Origin: Eledone cirrhosa
Lineage: Eukaryota
Reading direction: 5' to 3'
Length of the DNA: 64,000 nt
Assembly (NCBI GenBank): GCA_964016885.1
Contig: OZ024762.1
Coordinates: forward strand, 3,906,001-3,970,000
Below, one piece after another: positions 54,426 to 64,000 of the stretch; the stretch's first letter is position 1, and each line of letters opens with the position of its first letter. The notes under the pieces are model-generated. The model worked only from the letters and a program-made list of their open reading frames with translations. It made no database searches and had not been told where the DNA came from. The position numbers were made by a program, and so were the translations under genes.

Positions 54426-56979
54426 CAGTCCCTGCTCCTCAGAGGTTGCTGGTCTCCACTGAAACACTCATCAGTTATGTTGAAAGCCTCTGGTCTATAT
54501 AGTCACTACATTGAAGACATCCAACTCTGTTTTCTTCAAACTGACCATAACTTAATTCCTCTGCTGCTGTAGCTGAAACAATGGTTAGATTTTTCACTCA
54601 CCATGGATACCTTTCCATCCTGTTCTAAGTTACCCTTACCAGTGTCTGTGGAGTCCATTGCTCTACCAATCTTCCTCCTTCACACGACAATCACCTTCTG
54701 TGTTGCCTTCTGTTATTTTTCCCCTTTCAAAAAACCTACAACCATAAGAAACTCCTTGTCCACAGTTCCTGAAAAAGTTTCGGGATAAAAGAACTGGTGT
54801 AAACCTCCTTTGAGATGTAACCTTGTAGGAGGTCAGTGTATATATATATATATGTAAGTGTAAAGAGAGCTGGATGATGATCAACGAGATTACAGGAAGG
54901 AAGAGAGGGAGTTTGAGTTAGATCTGGGGATAAGAAGAGGCTGGACAATTTTAAGACCCTACTAGGAGAGCCACCTTCGACAGCCCAGAATACCAGGGAG
55001 ATCAGACAGCCGTTTGAGGAACTGGATATTGAGACAGGACCTTCGCCAGAGAGGGGCTTCAGCGAACCAAGAAGATCAAGACCTATGGAGAGGCATCAAA
55101 AGTGATGAAGAGGTGTGATTTTGATGATATCATCCTGGAGTTCTATAACCAGGCACTGGAGAAAGTTGCCCTTGATCACTAACATCATCTCAGTACCAAA
55201 GAAGGGAGATCTTTCTAACATGAACAACTACAGGGGAATCTCATTGATGTCACTTGTGGCAAAGACCCTCAACAGAATCCAGCCCGAGATGTTTATATAT
55301 ATATATATATTATAAGAATTTTCTGTACTATGGACATATATTGTTTCCTTTATTTAAGTGTTGTGTTTGCACCACCTTAATCCATAAACTTTAGTGTAAG
55401 CAGGATTAAGCACTCTATCTATCCAACAGTGGTATTGGATTGCTTATAACACATTGAAGTATCAGTGTATATATATAGTTTGTTTTTTTGTCCCTTTCAT
55501 TTCATAAAACCAAATACCTAGTTAGCTACAACTACACTGTACTAAACACACTATATATATATATACTATGTATGATGATGTCCAAGGATGATTCAAGTTG
55601 GCATTAGTTACATTCTAGAAATATCCCATATCGCTCAATGCACACTCTGAAGGTTTCCTTTTGTCTTCCTCACATGAAACAGAACTATCAGAGTCATTCT
55701 TTTTCACCGATGAATCAAGAACATCATAAAGTTGTACATGAGTTGGCAGTGAATTTTGATTGCTCCACCAAGTCCTATGATAATGAACCTAACCACAATA
55801 TCTCGCAGTTCTAGCATCACTTCTTCAAAGCCAGCCTATGAGCTTTTCAGCTGATCCTCTTTTGTAGAGAAGAATGTTTATATAAATGTAGCTTTGTGTG
55901 TCTGACTAGAGAAGATTTAGTTGTGTTTATTTGACAAGGTAAGTATTTATATATAACTGTATCTATGTGTAAGTCTAGAGTAGGTTTAATTTCTTAGAAG
56001 AGGTTTATATAAATGTAGCTTTATATGTTATGTGTGTAGAGAGAAAAGATGTTTTGTTTATTAGACAAAGTAAGTATGTATATATGAATGTAACAGAATG
56101 CCTTCAGTTCTCTGAATTAAAATCCTGCTGAGGTCAACTTTGCTTTTCATCCATTTGAGGTTGATAAAACAAAGTACCAGTCTAGTATTGAGGTTGATTC
56201 TTCTGTTTCTCTGGAAGAAATCTGCTGTATTCAGACCTGGAGAGGAGATGGGTCTGCCAGGTTTTAAAAAGTGCCCTAGAAATACTGTATGTCAATGTGT
56301 GGCCTGTATGACTCCCTTAGGAGTTGCAGGTCCATGCATACATGTAACTCTCACAATTTGGAAGTTCTGCATTCATCACATTGCTCCAGTACTCACAGCT
56401 GAGGAGTTAGTCCTGTGGTAGACCAGCGTACTATCCAGGGAGAGTCTTGTACTCTCAGACACTTAACACCAAGCAAACTGGTCATAAGCTGAGAACAGTC
56501 TTTATATATTATACTAAATTTTGGTCTAATCACATATAGATGAAGGAAATCATGGTCTTAAGATGCTTATTACCAAAATAGATAATTAGTGATTGATACT
56601 AATTACTAAGATCGATGGTTTGCATTTTTTATTTTCTGTATTAACATAAACATTACTATCTTGAAGTAAATATACTTATTATTCTGTATATATATATGTA
56701 TTAAATACTAGTAGTTTAAACTTATTACATATAGAAACGGGATGGAAGTAAGGTAACACGGTCGTGAAAAAGTAATTTCTTTCTAAAAATATTTCGGAGA
56801 CGAAGTATAATATTGATAATTATTCGGTAGAGATCTCAACTCTCACCATACGAAGTATATTCAGAAAGAGATATTTCTCCACGCCCTCAGTTATCTCGTC
56901 TTCATTCCGTTTCTATATATATATTTTTTTAATAAATAAAATTCTAACTATAAGTATGACTAATTTACTCAGTAGAGTT

Positions 56980-57129
56980 GCGCTCTGTGCATGGCGCTGC
57001 ACGTAACGTTTCGGGCTTCGCTGTCGTACTTCGGTATGGCATGACCATTCTATGTGTCTGAAGGTCGAATCGTTGCGGCGGCAGCCCCGGCTTTATGCTG
57101 GCCTGCGTCCCCGCCTCGCATTGAGTTTT
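56980..57129 (+). ncRNA. Unassigned structured RNA candidate, type A copy 3
   Basis: TATAAG at 56949-56954; GTGCA-TGGCGC-TGCAC; TGTCGTAC-TTCG-GTATGGCA; GGTCGAATC; ends in TTTT. Confidence 0.58.
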
Positions 57130-58626
57130 ACTAAAAAATTCGCCGAGAGTTATCGTTTGAATTACTTGCCCCTGATTGGAACTATTCTTGTTTGTTGTCA
57201 TTCTTCTTTATTGAATTAAACTGTTAACATCGTTTGGATTTACTCGTGTAATTTGATAGAATCAGTCTGGATATTATACTAATGGTGAGAGGTATGTAAT
57301 GTTTTATTTTCCGTATATCCACTCACAGACATACATTATTCTATATGCCTTTCATCCTTATAGGGTCGATAAAATAAAGTACCAGTAATGCACTGGATAA
57401 TTGCTGGCCTTGTGCCAAAAGTAGAAACAATTATTCTATATACAGAAAGATTCTAGAGACGTACATATTGTTTTATTTAAACCTAAATACACACACAAAA
57501 CTAGATTTATATATATATAAATGTTCTTTAGCTGAGGTAAAATACCCTCTAATTTACCTAAACGAACGCTTTATTTGCCATGTATATTTTAATTCATTGC
57601 TAAACACTAGAAAATACAGTCTTAGATATATATTAACATTCTTTAGTGTATGCATTCACCTCTCTAATCCATACACTGGAAGAAACGTTTCCTATCTAGA
57701 TCAATATACACATATAAAGCTACATTTATATATACACCTTCATTCTTCTAAAGAGGTATGTAATGTTTTAGTTGTCCCTTAAATTCATCGATAAACACGT
57801 AGTTATTCCTGAGACACAAGAATACATTTCGCTACCCTTCATATACAGGAGGAATGTTAGAGACGTATATGTATAATATAACCGTCTTTTTACTAAGAAT
57901 AATAACTAAAACCCCTTCATACTCAGGAAAAGTAAACATTCTATCTACATACACCGCCTTCTGTCTTATTCATAGTGGTACATTGTTAGAAGTAACTAAC
58001 TAAGCCTTCTCTCGACACTATCATTGCATATTTTAAGATCCACTTCTTTATATACTATATTTAGGTTTAATCAATACATATATTGATGATTGGAATCATG
58101 GTCTTAAGATTACCCAAATCGATACTAACTATTACAAATACAGATCTGTCTAAGGCTATGTTACCTACATATTAATTGTTTTGAAAAGATGCATCAGTCT
58201 TCTCCTCTATGGAGCCGAAACGTGGCCCCTCACAAAGACGATTGACAGCAGAGCCCTGAGGACCATCACAGCCTTAGTCTCGTTCAACGCAGTAGCACCT
58301 GGTCGGCTCTACCCATGATGATGCCGGTCTAGTCTAACAAGAATAGATGTACTCGAATATAAGGTGACCCTCCTCCCTATCTTATGTCTGAGAAGTTGGC
58401 AAAAATGGTCAAACTATTGACTCCCTATATAAGTCAACCCCTTACTACATATTCCCTGGCTTCTATTCGTGTATATCCCGTTATATTTATATATAGAGAG
58501 AAACGGAAAGAAAACGAGAGAACACTCGGAATATGTCGTGTTATCTTGCTTTCTTTCCGTTTCTTTTTTTTTAAAAAAAGAAGGAAAATGTTAGCTATAA
58601 GTATGACTATTTGACTCTGTAGAATT

Positions 58627-58791
58627 GCGGCTTGTGCGTGGCGCTGCACGTAGCGTTTCTGGCTTCGATGTCGTACTTCGGTATGGCATGACCACTCGAT
58701 CGTGTCTGAAGTTCGAATCGTTGCGGGGTCGGCCGGGACCGTTGCAGGCCGGCTTTATGCTGGCCTGCTCTCCCGCCTCGCATGAGTTTTT
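58627..58791 (+). ncRNA. Unassigned structured RNA candidate, type B copy 3
   Basis: Same sequence as 37829-37993 by eye, with the same upstream motif and TATAAG. Confidence 0.62.
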
Positions 58792-60667
58792 GCCAAACAA
58801 TTTGACGAGAGTTATCTCCCCTTAATTTGAATTATTTGCCCTTTGTTTACATTGAACTACTTCCGGTTTGTGGAACTCTTCTTCCTTTGTTGTCATTTCT
58901 TTTCAGTGTATTGAAGCTGTAACATTATTCTATTTACTCTGGGACTATTAACGATACCGGTTTGGATATTACGTTCGTGTAAAGAGGTATGTAAAGTTTT
59001 ATTTGCCGTATATATACACACATTATTGAGACACAAAAGTAAGTTGCCATGTCTTTTAAAGAAACAAAACTAAATATATACACGCAGCTACCTCTTCTAA
59101 CTAAACATACATGTTACCCTCCTCTATTATGAAACAAAACTAACCATGATCTGTATATACACACCTCTTCTAACATGTTACAACTAAATCTTCTCTCGAT
59201 ACTATATACATACTTGTAAGGAAATATAACCAAGCTTCCTCTCTATACACATTTTATCTTCTGTATATAAACCTTATACCTGAATACACACACAGATATT
59301 CTATATACAAGAAGACACTTTTTCACGTAAATACACAAACACTTCAGGCATATTTATGTATTAGCCGTAAATTTATTCTAAACCTTGTAGAGGAAGAATC
59401 CTGGGGACATACGTACACATGAAGCTATATTCATATATAAACGGTCTCCCTTCTATCATAACAGATACTTATGAGGCGCAATATACAAACTTGTTCATAC
59501 TGGAATAATAGACATGAAACTAAACCTCCTCTAGACATATTAATATAGAAGCTAAACCATACAGTTATATCTAACGAAGCATGGTAGCTCCATTACTCTG
59601 CCGTAAGACTCACTACTACTACTTCTAGCATCCTCACCTGCTTGATAGCTACATCATCCATATATAAACGTTCTTCACTAGATACAAAACTAAATCTTTA
59701 TATATACACAACTAACCTATTTTATATTCCTAAGGAACAGCACCAGACCTGGAGACTACTACAACCCTATCTCAAGAAGAAAGGTAAATAAATTGTGAAA
59801 TAAAAGAATAAACCAGTATTTTCCTTTGTTGCCTTATTATCTACTCCCTGTATATATACACACACTAGACACCTCTTACACTGTAGGAAGACAAAAACCT
59901 TCTGTCACTGTATACTAGATTCATATTATATAAATTATTTCCTTGATATACACCTATTAGAAACAAGCCATCTCTATATACAGGTAAATAACATCAATGT
60001 AGACATGTCTGTATATAAGAAACTGTATTCTATAGAATATATCTAAACCCACATTGTGTGTGTCTCTTTATATTATACACATGTATGTAGAAACCTGGAA
60101 GTGAACATCATACATATATAAGAGGTTTTGATCTGTACATACATATCAATACATCCTCGCTAGATACTACACATACGTCTCTTAGGAAACTACTACTATT
60201 GTTCTTCTAGTTGTGTATAAGCATCTCATAGTAGAATGTGTACATGCTTCCTAAGAAGCAAGAGAGCTAACTGTATAAATACAAAGAAACTTAATGTTCT
60301 TTACATACACACATATATAGAAAAACTGTATTTAATATGACACACAAAGCTTACTTCATGTCTATAATACACCTTCTTCTCTATATTGGAAGAAGTACCT
60401 CCATTATATATTGAAGTTGGGTTCAATAGAGTACAGTATGTAGAACCCTATGTACACAGTTACCCTTTTCTTTAAAGGATACATCAATACCCTGTTCTCC
60501 TCTAGACAGGCATACTCCATATAAACACTTTTGTGTATATAAATCATATCTTCATTGTAAATTTAGAAGTTACACTACACAGATATAAAGACAACAACCT
60601 ACAGACATATTAATACCCTTATATCTCTAGACTACTGTATTATATAAATATAGCTAAGGAATTAAAG

Positions 60668-62910
60668 ATGTATGTATATATACATACATATGTATATATA
60701 CATACATATATATGTATATATACATACATATATATGTATATATACATACATATATATGTATATATACATACATATGTATGTATACATACGTATATATACA
60801 TATGTATATATATACATACACATATAAATGTATATATATACATACACATGTATGTATATATATATACATATATATATGTATGTGTATATACATACATATA
60901 TATACATATATGTATGTATATATATATACATACATATGTATATATATAGATACGTATACTACATACGTATGTTTATATACATACGTATGTATATATACAT
61001 ACGTATGTATATATACATACGTATGTATATATACATACGTATGTATATACATACGTGTATATATATACATATGTATACATACGTATGTATGTATGTATAT
61101 ATATATACATACGTATGTATACATACGTATGTTTATATACATACGTATGTATATATACATACGTATGTATACATACGTATGTATTTACATACGTATGTTT
61201 ATGTACATACATACGTATGTTTATGTATGTACATATACATACGTATGTATATAAACATACGTATGTATTTATGTACGTATGTTTATATACATACGTATGT
61301 AAATACATACGTATGTATAATACATACGTATGTATATGTACATACATATGTATGTAAATATACATACGTACATAAATACATACGTATGTATTTATGTACG
61401 TATGTTTATATACATACGTATGTACATACATACGTATGTATGTACATATACATACGTATGTAAATACATACGTATGTATAATACATACGTATGTATATGT
61501 ACATACATATGTATGTAAATATACATACGTACGTATGTATACGTACATAAATACATACGTATGTATTTATGTACGTATACATACGTACGTATGTATACGT
61601 ACATACGTATGTATATGTACATACGTATGTATATGTACATACATACGTATGTATGTATACATACGTATGTATACATACATACGTATGTATAATACATACG
61701 TATGTATGTACATACGTATGTATTTACATACATACGTATGTATACATACATACGTATGTATTATACATACGTATGTATATAAACATACGTATGTTTATAT
61801 ACATACGTACGTATGTATATATACATACATATGTATGTACATATACATACGTATGTATTTACATACATACGTATGTAAATACATACGTATGTATTTACAT
61901 ACATACGTATGTATACATACATACGTATGTATATGTACATACATACGTATGTATGTACATATACATACGTATGTATTTACATACATACGTATGTAAATAC
62001 ATACGTATGTATTTACATACATACGTATGTATACATACATACGTATGTATATGTACATACATACGTATGTATGTACATATACATACGTACATAAATACAT
62101 ATACATACGTATGTATTTACATACGTATGTATATGTACATACATACGTATGTATGTACATATACATACGTATGTATACGTACATAAATACATATGTATGT
62201 ACATATACATACGTATGTATTTACATACATACGTATGTAAATACATACGTATGTATTTACATACATACGTATGTATTTACATACGTATGTATACATACAT
62301 ACGTATGTATATGTACATACATACGTATGTATGTACATATACATACGTATGTATACGTACATAAATACATATGTATGTACATATACATACGTATGTATTT
62401 ACATACGTATGTATATGTACATACATATGTATTTATGTACATATACATACGTATGTATTTACATACGTATGTATACATACATACGTATGTATTTACATAC
62501 GTATGTATATGTACATACATACGTATGTATGTACATATACATACGTATGTATATAAACATACGTACGTATGTATACGTACATAAATACATACGTATGTTT
62601 ATATACATACATACGTATACATACATACGTACGTATGTATACATACGTATGTATTTACATACGTATGTATGTATATGTACATACATATGTATGTATTTAC
62701 ATACGTATGTATGTACATATATACGTATGTGTATATATACATACGTATGTTTATATACATACGTATGTATACATACATACGTATGTATATATACATACGT
62801 ATGTATACATACGTATGTATATATACATACATACATACATATGTATGTATATATACATACATATGTATATATATATAGATATGTATATATACATACACAT
62901 ATATGTATGT
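60668..62910. repeat. TACATACGTATG satellite, right-arm copy
   Basis: Same core as 40344-42452 but ~133 bp longer (mirror sum shifts from 103119 to 103252) and with a different unit order. Confidence 0.95.
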
Positions 62911-64000
62911 TTATATAAATATAGCTAAGGAGTTAAACTTTCTTCTCTAGATGTATATAAGTATGTGTATTCTATAGGATACTATTACCTTAAAACTGTG
63001 TGTATATATATATACACTTACTTCTATAGAATCCATACATATTAACACCCTTCTATCTCTAGGCATATGTATACATACAGAAAGAAATGGCCTCACTAGA
63101 ATACTGCATTAGATACATTTCTTTCATGAAGGATGTTTCGAACTGAGTTCATACTTCTATTCCTATATACATACTGGGAGAGATATAGAATACAAATTTA
63201 TTCTATATACAGAAGGAAATAAACTTACTAGAATACTGTCTATATACACATTATAAATGTTTATAATATGAAACTTCTTTATTAATACCTATATACTTAC
63301 TGGTAAGTATGAGAGAGATATAGAATATCCACATAACCCTGTATAGATATCTTACAGGAGATATAGAATATCTATATACACATAAACTTGCTAGGATTAC
63401 TGTATTATATACTGTTTGGGAGCCCCTACATGGACACACTAGAAGAGGAAGACCAAGGTTAACGTATGTTGATGCCCTAAGGACAGACACTGGTCTGTTG
63501 GAGATGCAGGACATGGCAGCGATAATGAGGGACAGAGACCGCTGGAGAGAACTCGTCCATGGATCTCGGGAATTTTACCCGCCTTAGACAGTTTCCATTC
63601 TCAAAGAAACTTTTCTATAGCACCACACTTGTTTCTTACTGGGATTCTATAGTGTACATACACATTAATTAATCTATTCTATATATACACTTCTTTCAAG
63701 AAGGATGTTTCTCACTAATTACATAATAATTGAATTCTCTCGCATGTTAATACCTTTTTATCTCTAGGCATGTGTTTAACAATCCACTAGTTATATATAC
63801 ACAGCTGTTAATTCCTATATATTTAATATGAATGAAAGTTAAACGATCTACACGTAAGATACTACCTGTGTATATATATAAGAAATGAAAATGTGAAATA
63901 AAGATCAATAAATAAACTACATTTTGTTGTTGGAGTTATTTTATTTGTTGAGACGACTGTGTGTATTTACACACTCAGGTGAGCTGGCGGAGATCTTCAA

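Larger units (their letters stand above)
52996..64000 (-). repeat. Right arm of giant inverted repeat (continues past the window end)
   Basis: Begins AAAGTGATTTCGCTTC, the reverse complement of 50110-50125, and mirrors the left arm to the last base. Confidence 0.97.

Noticed and set aside
39252-64000. Giant palindrome as a pure fold-back read artefact
   Set aside because: Arms differ by point substitutions and satellite organisation and enclose a 2.9-kb asymmetric spacer. Disfavoured, but not excluded without reads.

Overview
AT-rich, microsatellite-saturated animal genomic DNA. The SINE/LINE/MITE repertoire suggests an octopus or other cephalopod (inference). Most long ORFs in the track are microsatellite artefacts. 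The one clear protein-coding gene is an SLC16/monocarboxylate-transporter-like MFS gene on + (three exons, 21746-23943; N-terminal exon not found). The right half is a nested palindrome. A near-identical inverted duplication of at least 10.9 kb (39252-50125 vs 52996-64000, running off the window) surrounds a 2.9-kb spacer that holds an 88-bp mariner-derived tandem array. An older ~3.3-kb inverted duplication (35055-38415 vs 44002-47124) surrounds a self-complementary TACATACGTATG satellite. The duplicated module carries two paralogous GC-rich 148-165-nt cassettes, six copies in all. Each has a conserved upstream motif, TATAAG 31 nt before the predicted start, A/B-box-like motifs, conserved hairpins including a cUUCGg tetraloop, and an oligo-T tract. 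I cannot assign them to a known RNA family; they are the best candidate here for an undescribed system.
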